In this document: one piece after another, positions 50,350 to 64,000 of the stretch
How positions within the stretch are numbered: position 1 is the stretch's first letter
Layout of the letters: each line of letters starts with the position of its first letter
NCBI RefSeq assembly: GCF_037042905.1
Contig: NC_087251.1
Location: 36,830,001-36,894,000 of the forward strand
From: Lytechinus pictus
Lineage: Eukaryota
Length of the DNA stretch: 64,000 bases
Reading direction: 5' to 3'
Notes under the pieces: model-generated
Told to the model about the DNA's origin: nothing
The model's database searches: none
The model's input: the letters and a program-made list of their open reading frames with translations, nothing else
Program-made: the position numbers and the translations under genes

Positions 50350-50790
50350 GTAAAACTTCGCTGTCGCAAGAATATATAAATATATTTTTGAAAAATGCTG
50401 ATAATGAATATTATGAACATCATCAATATTGGAAAGTAATTCAAATTAAGAAACTACAAATTTTAGCTGATGTGAAGCCAATAATTTGTGCCATTTGCAG
50501 AATGCTTGTCGAAACAGCCCAAATGTTCAAACTTCACTATCTTCAGAAGATATGAACATATCTTGATTAAAAGCGTCAGCTGGAAAGTAATTCAAAATAA
50601 GAATATAACAATTTCGAGCTATCGTGCAACTAAATGTTATACTTTTGCAGACAGCTTGTCAAAACAGCCCCAAATAGAATATGTTGAAGATTCGTTATCT
50701 TAAGAAGATATGAACATATTCCTAAAACAACAAACAAAATGAGAATCAACTTGATGAAAAGCATCAAGTAGATGGAAAGTCGCAAGTTTT
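50350..50790 (+). repeat. Degenerate tandem repeat, ~150-158 bp unit, about 3 copies
   Basis: ggaaagtaattcaaa at 50431 and 50582; cttgtcRaaacagccc at 50505 and 50655; agaagatatgaacatat at ~50545 and ~50703. Confidence 0.7.
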
Positions 50791-51702
50791 TAGCTCAGAA
50801 TGGTAAGAGGTAAACCACAATCTTGTCATGTTTTGATAAATCGGCTTCATTTTCCCTGTCAGGTCATCACACTTTGCACATAAAGCTCTGGTATCATCTA
50901 AATGTTACTTAAATCCAGGGATACGAGCTCTTAGCACGCTTCCATATTTAAAGCAACGGACTGACTGGAGAAAAAAAATATGGGAGCGAGGGAGGATAAA
51001 GTACACTGGCTTTGAAGGCCGCTGGGCAGTGCAGAGCCAAGTACGTCTTATCGACATCATCCTATTTACATTGTAGATGAAGACATTTTTGAAGTGGCTT
51101 TCAGGGTTCTTGTAGAAATACATCCCAGGGGATATTACACAGCCGATAGATTTCATTCTTGGCGATGTGCTTGGCCAATATGACTTAAGCTGATTAATAG
51201 TACTCTATTAATCGAAATACGCCACCTAATTGTAACTTTCTTGATTCTGTTTCTATTTTTTTCATAATAATTTAATATGTATTATCGTACAATTGGGCTT
51301 ATAGTAATATACTTATATTTTCATGCCTCCTCTTGTACTGTAGTAGTTATTAGGCTAAGGCCCTTGGGGTGTTGAACTTCGTTTTTTTTATCGTTTCCTG
51401 AATCCTATCGAACCATTTTCGTCACCCCTCTTTATACTGATAGCTCTCTCTCTACTTGATATCCTCTCTTTCCCACCCCCTCTCTCTATCTGCCTATCAT
51501 CTATTTATCTATCTATCTATCTACCTATTCATCTATCTATCTATTTAGTATCTAGCTATCCCACTTACCAACTCATCTTCTATTTCTTCTAACTCCCTAT
51601 TTAATTAATCTACTTAATTTCTAAAGAAAATGAAAAATGAAATATTTTAATTAAAGCTATTATATTTGTGCACGTCAATATTATAGAAAGTATCAATATT
51701 AT

Positions 51703-51985
51703 GGAGCGTTGTGGCCCAGTGGATTAGTCTTCGGACTTTGAAACAGAGGGTCGTGGGTTCGAATCCCAGCCATGGCGTAATTTCCTTCGGCAAGAAACTG
51801 ATCCACAATGTGCTGCACTCAACCCAGGTGAGGTAAATGGGTACCGGTAGGAAGTAATTCCTTAAAAAGCTGTGTGCGCTATCAACACCTAGCTTCGCCG
51901 GGTAATATAGGAGCACCTTGAGCACCTAACAAGGTGGATATGTGCGCAATATAAATACCCTATATTATTATTATTTTATTATTAT
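51703..51985 (+). mobile_element. tRNA-derived SINE, near full length
   Basis: GGAGCGTTGTGGCCCAGTGG..GGGTTCGAATCCC head, shared body, (tta)n tail. Confidence 0.9.
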
Positions 51986-53469
51986 TTTTATTATATTATT
52001 AAATATTTCTTTCAATTTATGCATTATATCGGTAAAATTATTTATTTGATTGTAGCGTATTTACATAATCATTTATTTCTATATGCATATTGAATATTCA
52101 GACGCTTCTACTGTTTGCCTCCTTAAAAATAGTATCTTTTAGCACAAGAAAGGGTAACCAGTCTTGCGAAAAGGCATGCCAAACGTACGAACAGCTTTAT
52201 GAAACGGCCCCCATGCAGGTTAGCAGCGACCCCCTCTTCTCTAACTATTCTTAATTAGTTCTAAAAAAAACACAAGGCGAAAAAGGTGGAAAAGGGCTGA
52301 GGGGTGACAGCATTTTTCACCCTTGTTATTAAAAGTGATTTACCACTTTCCACCCTTTCATTTTTTAGAGTGTACAAAGTTTAAAAACACTATATCCTTG
52401 CATAATATGCAAAGTGCGTTTCGAGATTGAGGAAATGAATTGCAATCAAATGGTTTTACTCTACCAAGTCACATGTATCATAAGCCAAAGCTAGGTGTGG
52501 CGATTACAAAATGAAAAAAACTCTGAAGATACTAGCAAACGGTCTTACCCATAATAATATGAATATAGCCCTTAACGGCCGTATAGGCCTCTATCACGTT
52601 TTAGGGACGGGTTTCAAAATGTAAAAATAAAAATACATACGAGAAAAAGAAGACATCAAGTTCGCCCTGCTACGTTTATTCATCGCTTAATGAATATATA
52701 CATGATCATAATAATGCAGCAGATTGAGGATTAGATTTGCTTTCCCCAGCTCCTGCTGCATTTGGTTACAAAATCACTCAAAAGTAAAAGCCAGAATCAC
52801 TTTTCCTTCCGGGTATACTCGTGCTTCTCCAGTTCCAGGATGCATGCATAAATCATTTCGTATAATAAATATATATCACATTGGTTAATAAAATCACTCA
52901 CATACCATCATAACTTTCCCTTCATCATGTTCATGATTTGTTTAGTTCCAGTCATGCATAAATAATTTCTTTTAGTAAAAATGTTCACACTAATGTACAA
53001 CCAGAATATGCTAACAAGAGAACTCGGCCAGTTGTAAGTCCGTATTAGTACAATAACCGTTAGGAATAATCCTCTGGAGCAATTCCTCCCACGCGATCGA
53101 TCTTTTGGTGAATTTTCAAAAGTGGTTATAGTATTCCTAGCGGTCAGTGGCTGACCAAGGTTTTCCTATTTATCGATCCCTTTAAGACGTCTCGGTTTCA
53201 GACGCTCTCTCTCTCTCTCTTTCAAACCACCTGCCAATGAATGCAGCTTGTTTCTCATTTTTATTTGGTTATAGTATGATTCTCCTTATATCCATATCGA
53301 CTTTGTTGTGTTTATACACGTAAACATTATGCAACCATTATTTAATTAGATACATTAGTTTTTATTTTTAATACTGCACGTATATTTTGCATTGTCAGCC
53401 ACGGTAATTTTACTTAATATTTATGCTCCAGTTACTGTACTTTTTTATTTTTCATATTTGTTTCTTATT

Positions 53470-53640
53470 TTCGTCTTCCTCCTCCTTCTTCCACTTGTTC
53501 TTATTGTTGTTGTTGTTCTTTTTCTTCTTCTTCTTTCCATTATTATTATTATCATTGTTATCGTTATTATTGTTATTCTTCTTATTATTCTTTTCTTCAT
53601 TTTCTTCATCGTATTCTTTTTCCCCTCTTCCTCATCGTTG
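53470..53640. repeat. (TTC/TTA/TTG)n low-complexity tract
   Basis: Trinucleotide runs; source of spurious ORFs. Confidence 0.85.
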
Positions 53641-54149
53641 CGCTTTTTCGTTCTCTTGCACCCCAATTCTTATTAAACGCTAACCTGTTTTTCGCCTTTC
53701 TCTGATTTTTATCATCATAATTTATTCTCCATGTCGTGGCCAGAAGACGACATATATAAATGTTTGTTTGTATCACATTAGTGTTTGTTTGTTTGTAAAA
53801 TTTAGAATGATCCAATATGTGTGGATTTTGATCAATAGATTTTGAAACTTAAAAACTTGAAACTATCGGCTCTCTCTCTCTTCTCTCCCCATTCGGTCTG
53901 TGACCCCCCTCCCTCTCTCTCTATCTGTCTCTTCCCCTCCCCTTTTCTCTCTCTTTCTCAGTCTGTACCCTCAATACACATCTACATCTCTCCCCGTATT
54001 CACCCCTTCTCTTCCTCCATCAGTTATCCCTGCCCTTCTCTGGGTGTCTATCTCTCTCTGTCTTTCCTACCAACCTGTCTTACATGACCTGATAGCATCG
54101 ATCTCTCTTCCAACCATGCAGCACTCATATCAAACCCATGAAGCATAAT

Positions 54150-54259
54150 ACCACCGTCACACCGGCAAATCCGACCCCAGACCGATCAAAGGTACTATGT
54201 TGTCTTCAATGGCATATTACAGGTCGATTTGGAGTTGGTTTCGTATGTGTGACTGTAGC
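54150..54259. mobile_element. ~110-bp hairpin MITE
   Basis: gtcacac..ccagaccgatcaaag..tttggagttgg..gtgtgactgtagc. Confidence 0.65.
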
Positions 54260-55009
54260 GTCAGATCTTAAAGCTTCAGCACACGCGTGGGTATGCAGTC
54301 CACCAAATCAGGTCAAACTTGAATAAGAGCTGCTTTATACCACTGCTTTTCTTTAGAGTAATATTCGATTAGCATTATCATTTGGCCTGGAGATCATTTT
54401 AATCACCAAAAAAAGTCCTAAAGAAAATGTTAGATTAAAACTTAATGACATATGGACTATAACCATCCTTCAAAATGTAAGATTCATAAATGATTTCCAT
54501 ATGGTTAAACTTGTTAGCGCTAGAAGCTGATTGAGACCATGCGGTATCTTCAAAAATATAAAATTTCTATACTGAGCTCATGCTAAGCATTTTGATTGTC
54601 ATCCTGATGTAGTTATCCGTAATGGTGCTATCAGCTGCGTTCTATCTGGAAATGATATAACGTATTCCGCGCTTAAGCCTAAAATAATTGTGTACGTCAA
54701 ATCATACGCCAAGAGTTTAAGAGTTCGTTAACCCTTGTCCCATTTTGTACTTCCATCATACATCATCTTATCTGCCAATCTTTCTCTTTCTTGATTGACT
54801 GACTCGTGACACAGGATATTGATCAATCATCACACAACCGTCAACAACTCAGCCCACCTACGTTTCCAGAAGGACCGTTCCTACGTTCAAAAAGTTATAG
54901 AGCATGCTCATTACTTGCACCATGCAGTAAAAATGGCGTCGTCGCTTCCTTCATTCCACATCCCCCTCTCTCTCTTAATTCATTGCAAAGGCGCCGCGCA
55001 GTTGTTAAG

Positions 55010-55209
55010 TTAACATTAGCCCGGTATCTATACACGACACATTAGGGTAGTGTTGAAATAGCACCAGCTTGGCTTTGGGCTAACACCTGCAGATAAGTGT
55101 TCAAACAATACCAAATACGTTCAAACAACATCGGTTTTATTGTAAACCGGTGTTGTTTCAACATTATTTTTTCTGGTGTTTTCGAATATAGATACCGGGC
55201 TTGTGTTAA
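55010..55209. mobile_element. Inverted-repeat MITE remnant
   Basis: ttaacattagcccggtatctata / tatagataccgggcttgtgttaa. Confidence 0.55.
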
Positions 55210-58200
55210 ATAATGAGAGGAGTATTTGTATCTCTCTCTCTCTCTAATTCTCTCCCTCTCTCAAATTCTCTCCCCGTCTCTGTCACTCTCCTTCTCTTCA
55301 TCCACAGCTCACATACTCAATCTCTCTATTTAATTCACACGAATCTACTTTAAGCACCATTCACTTTAAAAAATTGTCCTCGCGTACGTTTTTCCAGTTG
55401 ACATGACCATAATTATGCTCAAGATAATTTTCACGATTTAAGATTCTGTCATTTCTATGGCAAGACAAAAATAGATTGATAATGAAATATTGGCAGTGGT
55501 AACGTCTCTTTCAGGACAATCTCTTGGATGCATGGTAGATGAAGACTTATGTAAACATTGAGATCAATGCATGAACTAGGCCAAATCCTCGCAGTAAGTG
55601 AAATAGAGTAGGGGAAAATGGAGACAAAGTAAATGTATTTCAGAGGAAGATTACTATCGATGTAGCTATATTTCTTTCCCGGTAGTAACAGAAAAAATGG
55701 ATTCCATGATGGTCACGGTAGGATTTCAATGTGTATATCTGAAAATAGCTTCTGAGCTTCTCATATTCAAGGATTTTTATATACGACAAAAATAATCATA
55801 GATCGCAGTGAACCTGAATCAATCAAACAACACTTTAATTGCTATTTTGATTGATAGTTAATTAACAGCTCAATACTTATATGTTGGAAGTCACAATATA
55901 GAAAGAAAGATGTATATCTCAGATAGTTCCTTACCCATTTTTATCGTTGATATGTGCTCACGATCATATAGTACTGTGTATACTACTATCGTTAATAAGA
56001 TAATCGTGGATTTGAATACAAATAGGGAGTAACAATATTATTTTTTGAATAGTCTTAAATAAGTACAAATGAAGGGCCATAATGGTTAAGAAGATATCCA
56101 TGTACAAAAAAATACAAAATAAAGTATCTACTCACAACGATATCTATCAAAAAAGTCCTTTGTCCGCTTAGTTGCATCATACATATATGATTATGTATTT
56201 CAAAAGGTTAGTATGATATCATATTGTTTTATTACAAACATAGCCATGAATAGCGATGAAAATGTATAGGTATTAGTTTCTGCTCGTGATAATCATATCC
56301 CGACTATAGAGGTATTAAATTTCCAGATATGGTAGTTCTTGGTGTGTTATTAATGCTACCTGTGTTTTTCTGTTATCTATAACTACCTCTTATGAAATTG
56401 ATGCATAACTCGGCCGAGAGCAGCACATCTGGATAAACATTGCAGCGTCGTTCATATAGTCCTGCAGGAATTATCATCATCTTCCCCGCCTAAAATGTAT
56501 GCACCACATTATGTAAAAATGCGACCGTCTGCCTTGTAGAAAACCTTATGACGTCACTACCCTATGACATGCTGTCTTCACAATGGACAAGGATGTATAT
56601 TATTTCTGATATTATTCGGGGCAAAGTTGAACACACAAAAAATCATTGATGTTATAACTTAACATAAGGGATGCGAATTCGTAAAATATGTTATTTATTC
56701 TTAGAATAATTATTTTTGTGGTAGTATTACCGTACCATTTTTCAAATTTAGATTGCAAGAGTTTCATGGATCAGAATACCGAAATGATTTTTTGTGCATT
56801 TATATCAATGAAATGAATCACCCATGTATCTATATTGAATAATGTCTAAAAGGGCTAGAAATATTTCATTTGGTTTTTATAATTATCATTAGAGGTGAAG
56901 TATACTTATACAATAAAAACCGACTGATTAACTTTCTTGTGCACATTAAAGTTACAGAGCACCATATAGCCAGTATGTTTACGATGCCCTCGATTTTTTT
57001 TTCTGTGCACGAAATAGATCACCTTGATCAATTAAAGCACAAAATATTCTAGTATCATTTACATTGCTTTAAAAGATCGAAAATTATTAGATTTCCGTTC
57101 ATTTTCAATGAGACGATTCGCCAAATTGTAAAAAAGTGAGAACTTAATTTCTTTTTCAAATTTTAGATGATTGATCTCTGGAATATAGGGTCACTTGGTA
57201 TGAAAACCGTTTTACCCTCGGGTTAGATAAATACAGAGGACACAGCAATGAAACACACAAAAACTGTAGTGATTTTCACATGACGATGCCTGCAATCAAA
57301 ACACGACTGAATTTATCAATTATCACGGTCCCAACGCACTAGATGTCTGTACAATTAAATTAACACGTCAGAAAACAAAATGGCGACATCCTAAGGCAGT
57401 ATTTGGCTGTTTTATTTACGGACAACAATATAGGTGTGGACTGATGTATAGATTTGATGTCTGTAAATCAATTTTTCTATTGAATGTACAGGGAACATTA
57501 GAAAGACACGGGTCCACGGCAGCTGATTTTTAGTTAATCAAGAAAAACGAAATGATTTTCTTTTTTGTCCAATGATACCTTTTGTTGCTTTTTGATTTTA
57601 TTTCGGGGACGTCTAGATGTTGAAAATCCAGGAAACAAATAACACACCATATGGGCTCTTGTATAAGCAACAATTTAACATTGTTAAGTAAATTTGGCCA
57701 AGATAGAGACTTGATTCGACTTTATCTGAGCAAATATTATACGAATGCCAGTATATTGCGCTACTATGAAGATATGTAAAGAATTAACTTAAAATTATGG
57801 AATATTGCTAGCCAATGTTCTTTGAAATATTACATCAGACGGAATAATAGAGAATCACAATCTTTCTAAGAATACTCTGTGTTTTTTTTTTTTATTAATG
57901 CCGAAGCTGATACTATGCAAATCATATAGCACACACACAAAATAATATCTTACAAACAATAATCACAAACTCATAAGAATTTTTGTTAACTATGATTATG
58001 ATGATATTAACCTAGCTTTTATTGGATACTGCGATTTGAAAATGGTCCTTTTACATATCTCTTAAAACGTTCTAGTCAGGGGTAGAAAGATGCTTTGCCA
58101 AAACTTAATTGAATTAAATTAAATTAAATTTGTTTTTCTTTATTTATTTATTCATTTTTTTTTTTTTGGGGGGGGGGATACGACCTAAAGGAGACGTAAT

Positions 58201-61200
58201 TTTTTATTCATTTGATAACAGAGGTAGCATAGTCGTATACAACTAAAAGCATCTTTCTCTAAACTTATCTTTCTTAATTTTCAATTTTCTTCCTTTTTTG
58301 GTTGCCTTTGATCCTATTTCCTTCTTCCCCCCCAAAAAAAACCGGAAACATTGAGGCGGTCACCCATGTCCCCCGTAGCGCCACGACCTTTGAGGTAGAT
58401 GTCTCTGACCGAACTCATCGAAACAGTTTATCTCACGGTTGATGGTGCATGCCAAGATTTAATTCTTAATGAGATGGTGAAGATTTGTCCTTGTAGTCAT
58501 CATTGAAAGGAAGATATCGGAGGATGTCATCGGAGAGAAAAATTGATTTCAAGAAAAAGGAGTCGTGCTGGTATCTGTCAATCACACCATCTGGTTTTCA
58601 TTGATGTACTAAGAATATCAGGAATATTATATAGTGAGAACTTCTGAGGAATTTGGCAAAATGGAGAAAAATTAATTATAAAAATAAAATCGTTTGTTTT
58701 TTAATCCATTTGTAATTGAAACTGATGCTAATATATATGCACTAGATACTTTATAATATTCGGGAACCGCGCTATCAAATAGCTTTTTAAAGTTTTTTTC
58801 CCGTGTATCTGAAGTAACTGTAATCCAGCCCATTTCAATTAACTACGTTATTAAGCCTGTTTTTCCGGATATTTGATACTTCTGTTAATTACTATTCGTC
58901 AATTTACTCATCTTCTATCTTGAAAACTGTATAAGATACTTTCTTTACTTATGATTCCGCCTTCCTTAAAAATGTTGATATAAAGAAAAATTGTTGAGTT
59001 TTGGATCGGAATGAAAGGATACCTCCTGGTTATAGTCATTTAGTTAATCTTTATCCTTTTTAAGCATTCATGTGACTCTCCTTATCTTATATCTAATATT
59101 TGCTCTTCATACTTTATATTTGGGGACTATGCCGAATGGATTATGATAACAATGTGTGAGAGAATGTACTGGCGTCGTTTTCCTATATGTGTACCCCAGT
59201 GCTACTTATTAGGATTACACTAGTATGTAGTATAATATTCCTCTTTAGACCTACTTATTCGTGTTTTAAGTCCCAGGATTCCTTACCAAAGTGCCGGTTA
59301 GTGGCGCCATTTTGTATTGATTTCCAGCGCTTCAGCTTGACTGCACTGTGTAAGACACCCGGGTTGCATCCCGTCTGGGTGTCATCTGCAAGTGAATATA
59401 ATCCTACACGTGGTATCCGATGATATGTCGGGTATGCATCAATGTTATAGTCTGATTGCATAATGTGGTGTTGATGATAATGTTTCTGGAAAAGTTCTTT
59501 TCATTCGTAGTGGTGCCTTTGCAGAAAGAGTTACAATTAAACTGAAATTCAAACGCAACTTGGTTTTCAGCAAATCAAATGCGCGCATTTGGAACTTGCG
59601 TCAGGCGTTTAAACTTTCTTTTCAATCGCATTATTAATTCTTTTTTTACGACGGGCTCTTGGTTTCGTTGAATGAAAGGTATGGAACTGCCAGTCTGTTT
59701 TCCTTCTTCAACAAAGGCCACTTGTTTGAATTTTCTGCGTTCGAATTCAATGAATTGGGTCAATGATAACAGTAATTCTTGGTTGACACTGAATTTTATC
59801 AAGTGGCCTATACAAGTAATTTTTAGGTGTAGCCCGGTTGTCACACAATAATATATGTTTTATGTACTAGTTTTTTTTAAAATACTGACATTTTATTCAA
59901 TGAGAATGTTTTTATCAGTACACTAGTTTCGAACATTCTTTACGACTGAGGTTGCCAGCTACTTGATTTTGAACTAGGCATAATATAATATGCAGATGTT
60001 CTTTTGTTGGTGGAAATATTTTGTATTAGTTTTTTATCTCAATTTTTTGTGTATTTTCATTTAATTTTATTTCATTTATTTAAGCACGGGGCCTATCTCA
60101 ACCAGCATACTGTTTTTCCGCAGGGCTGTGCAGATAATGTATTACCTGCAATATCTGTTACATCTGAAAGCTGATTTTATGTTTTGACACGGCAATATGT
60201 TATTTTAAAATCTTGAATTTTAAATCCACCCCGCCTCCTATTCATGCTAATCTTTAATCGTAATACAAAAAAAAAAATTCTTTGTTGGTGGTGTTAAAAA
60301 TTAATTTCCAGGTATCTCATTTCATAACTATTACTATACTTATTATCCTATAATTTATATTATAATTAAGTTTTAGATGAGGTTAGAATGTGGTAAAAAC
60401 TTTTCAGTTGCGTGTTACTACGAGACTATTTTAAATCAGTGAAATGAATTCCAAAGTAACGTGTTATCTACATTTTTTTTTTTCTATAAAAACCATTATC
60501 AAAATATAGGATGTATTCCTTGAGAGCATCTTTATGGGAAGAAATGGTATGAAAAAATTAAGTAGTTTAGAATGCTGCATACAACTTATTTCCTCAGTCA
60601 TCAACCCCAACACGAAGTCTGGTCTATTCATAGAATGTTCTCCCGAGACGTTACTTTGGTAAGACATGGTGGAATTAATGACTCCCGGTCGCCCCACAAC
60701 CCTCCACCGGGGAGATGCAGTTTCAACTACCCAGATGCTGTGCTGTGCCCCTGAAATCAAAGCATCTTGGAGTATTGAAATTTGGTTCTCCACCATGCAA
60801 TGACGTTGGCAGTCCGAGAGAGTCAATATTTGAAGGGGTCCCCAAATCCAATAAGGGAGTGGGCCACGAAAAGGGGTAGACCAGGGCCTCTGTGTATTCC
60901 AATGTTCAGTACAGGGAGGCCAATGTCAAGATTAAAGCATCCGTAATGGCCATAATAAAGGTGAAACCTTCTGAGAATGGGTAATAAAGAGACCGAAAAT
61001 GTCCAATGCGTGGTCTCATCGGTCTTTTAAAAGTTATTTATGATACTATATGCATGCTAGATGCGTATCATTTTTATAGACATGCGTGATATAGGCATAC
61101 AACCTGGGATCATCTTGTCATGTTTTTCGTATACATACATTTTTTAAACTGAAATAGGGGCATACACACAACACTCATATATTTTATAGCTGGTTTAAAT

Positions 61201-62059
61201 CATGCAAAATTATTCAGCCCGTTTTCGATTCATCAAAATGGATAGTCATATCAAAATATTAGTCTTAATCAATTTTTTGGTTTGTTAAGTTGAGGGGGGG
61301 GGGGCTACAAAACTCTACAGAATGAATTTGAATTAGTTTCCTATTGTTTTACTATTTTAAACACAAAAAATATTTTATCCTTGCAATGCGCTTGGAATTT
61401 GTGTAATGACATTGATCTCCTGAAGGGATGACCCTACCACCAACTTACATGTAACTCATCATGTGTGCTAGCTCCCGTATGGAGAATCCATTTTGTTTGG
61501 TTTCCCCATCATCTTCTTCAAATATTGATACAACCACTGTATTCACGTCACGCCGCTCTGATACCCACCGCGAAAGAATCTCACATTGCTCATGCATTTG
61601 CGTCCAACCATCGCGAAGGATTATGGGTATTATTCGGTCGGAGGCCCCTTTTTAGATTTGGGCTAAAACATTGCATAAAGCCCCCTCCTCCCTCCAACAC
61701 CCTATAGAGATGATAGGGTGAGTTCTTGGATTTGAAGGTTTGATATTCTCTTTTTATGTTTGATTGTACAACAATCCATGCGATTTTTGTTGGGGAGAAA
61801 TCGAGAATAAACTAAGAAATAGACTGATTTCTAATCAAATGCTATTCTCTATTCGGGATCGTCCGTCGTCAGTCCGTAATGAATTATCTAGAGTGTGCGA
61901 ATGAAAAAAGATAAAGTTGTAGATAAAATTATTCCATAATCGAAAACGAATTCCCAGTATTCCTACAAAGAAACATGCTACTTCGAGAAATTACCAATCA
62001 TGGAAGTTTACTCATTGTGGTTGTGTGATTGTTACTGTTGCTTATATGTTATTTGTTTT

Positions 62060-62140
62060 TTATTGTGCAGGGCCCCTTGGTAGAGCAGTTTTGTAATTGA
62101 AAGGGCTACCCTGTTGAAATAAAACGGAAATAAATAAATC
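62060..62140 (+). mobile_element. Short LINE-type (L2-like) 3' end
   Basis: cagggcccc..agagcag..gggctaccctg hairpin followed by a (aaat)n tail. Confidence 0.4.
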
Positions 62141-62668
62141 TTGTATTAATTTAATATTCGGATATTGAAAGCGACAGCCAATTCTTTTGTGGGTAGGAGA
62201 GACAAAAAGAAAAACAGAGAGGATGAAAGAGATAGGGGAGAATTGGATTGCGACTGCAGTCATTAAAAGTTTTGAAAAAGACGACGCAACAGCATCATTC
62301 AAATTAGAAATATATTCTGCATTTATTGAATATTATTTTTAGTACAAGGCAACCACCATTCCAAAATTGCCAGTGTATTTATACAGCTCTAGATTTGTAA
62401 TAGTCATCTTTCATTATTGTTAGGTGTATTAATATACATGAAAAAGAATAAACATAATACCCAAGACGAGAATAAGAACAAATCTTTTGCCATCTGCTCA
62501 GCTGACATTTTTTGACATTCATGTTCATGTCCTGTCGGTTATGATGTGTGTGTCTTTCTAAGATGTGAATACCATGCCTCAACACAGATCATAATGGACT
62601 ATGACGTGTATTCGGAGAGAAAGGATGCCCCTAGATGACGTATTACGGCCAGGCTTGTTGAGTCTAAT

Positions 62669-62778
62669 GATACATTCACACCAACGATACCGACTCCAAA
62701 TCGACCGATAATATGCCATTGGTAATAAAATTATAGCTTTGATCGGTCTGGAATCGGCTTTGTTGGTGTGACTAGTGC
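62669..62778. mobile_element. ~110-bp hairpin MITE
   Basis: tcacaccaac..ccgactcca..tggaatcgg..gttggtgtga. Confidence 0.7.
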
Positions 62779-62899
62779 ATTAGAACTTGTTGAGACATGG
62801 TGCGTCAAACATCGCTACATCAATATAACATAAGCAACATTACAATGCAGAAAGCCAACGGGGCATGATCTTACATCATAGATGTCCAGACAGGGTCAT

Positions 62900-63083
62900 G
62901 GTGGGTGTTTCATAAAGTTGTTCGTTAGTTAAGAGTGACTTAAACAACGACTGGTGATCATTTCATGTGATAAAAATATTCACCATTAAATGTTCATTGG
63001 GGATTATCTAGCGCGTAAGAAGGGTTCACCATTCGTTCTTAAAGTCGCTCTTAACTTACGAACAGCTTTATGAAACACTCACC
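62900..63083. mobile_element. Harbinger-like MITE
   Basis: GGTGGGTGTTTCATAAAGTTGTTCGT...ACGAACAGCTTTATGAAACACTCACC. Confidence 0.75.
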
Positions 63084-64000
63084 AACTTTATAAAAACTTT
63101 TTATAGTAACAAGATGCACACTTTCTATAAAATCGTGTCGAATGATTTCAATAGCTTTAAACTGGTATTGCAATTTTTAATATTATAACAAGTTTTGCGA
63201 AACGAATCCAGGACAATGTTAATTCTGCCGTGTGGACAAGTTACAATTATTTTTGGAAAGAGGTGTTATATAAATATACTAATGTCATGTGTTTGTTTGC
63301 AGAACGTGTGAAAATAGACCAAAGATGTAATTTATTGAGAGTAACGAGGTGTATTACCATGATTATGCGATTTCATTAATATAAGTGGAGATGTTTATCG
63401 CGCCATGACTCAATAGTCCCTTAGCCTACATTTCGGATGCGTGATGGAAATTCTGATAATTACCGCGCAAGAAATTTCGCAAAACCCCGAAGCGAGCAAG
63501 AAATATGTACCTTTCTTAAAATAAAAATCTAATTGTAAAAAAAAGGTTAATTGTGACATAATATCCAGATAATTATTTCTTATTACCATTTCCCTTTAGT
63601 CTTATTAATTAACCAGTGACTTTTCTATTTCTCAGTCGAGGAACATTATTTATCTTTGGGGGGCAACTGCCCCAAGCCCCCATCTGAAGACAGGAAGCTA
63701 CCAATAAACATCTGTCCTAGAAATTTTAAAATCGTACAATCCTCATTAAAAGTAATGTACGAATCAGTCTAATGTACTTATGTATCAGTGGCATTAACAT
63801 CCCGTAATATAGAACTTGAAATGAATCACAGTCGTCGTAAAATGTCAAAGGCCTTATCACGGATCTTTAGTGCAGACATTCTCCGTGCCCACAGCGCACA
63901 GTTTCTGCGTTACCGTGAAAGCCAGTTGTCGAATTTATTGTAAGACATGAAACAGCACACTTAAACTAGGCGACAGAACGGTGCCTCAAGATAGGCCTTC

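Noticed and set aside
51703..51775. tRNA gene (likewise 20750-20820, 31983-32050 and 46866-46935)
   Set aside because: The A/B boxes continue into a shared SINE body and (TTA)n tail, so these are SINE heads
53392..54148. Hydrophobic and Ser/Leu/Pro-rich ORFs resembling membrane proteins
   Set aside because: They are translations of trinucleotide and CT-rich low-complexity DNA

Overview
AT-rich, intron-rich animal genomic DNA, not prokaryotic. The repeat types suggest a marine invertebrate, probably a sea urchin (inference). Positions 3.6-24.7 kb (+) carry nine in-phase GT-AG coding exons of WDR74/Nsa1, a WD40 60S-biogenesis factor. These give about 374 codons through the stop at 24713; the first coding exon is not in the window. 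A CpG-rich block at about 29.7-30.3 kb ends in a probable first coding exon of an unidentified + strand gene (MSSPPSPPPPPPPLPP..., GTAAGT donor); no later exon is confidently seen. The rest is non-coding and full of non-autonomous mobile elements: TTAA-flanked Kolobok-type elements (one 3 kb, holding a ~230 bp satellite array), Helentron/DINE-1-like elements (two near-identical copies flank WDR74 exon 7), Tc1/mariner, Harbinger, hAT and CACTA-like MITEs (two nested stacks), tRNA-derived SINEs and truncated LINEs. The most notable observations are a TA-to-TACATGTA excision-type footprint seen by comparing the twin elements, DR1+DR4 nuclear-receptor arrays in those elements, and CpG decay in repeats inside WDR74. 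I found no convincing new protein-coding system; most ORFs in the supplied track are spurious.
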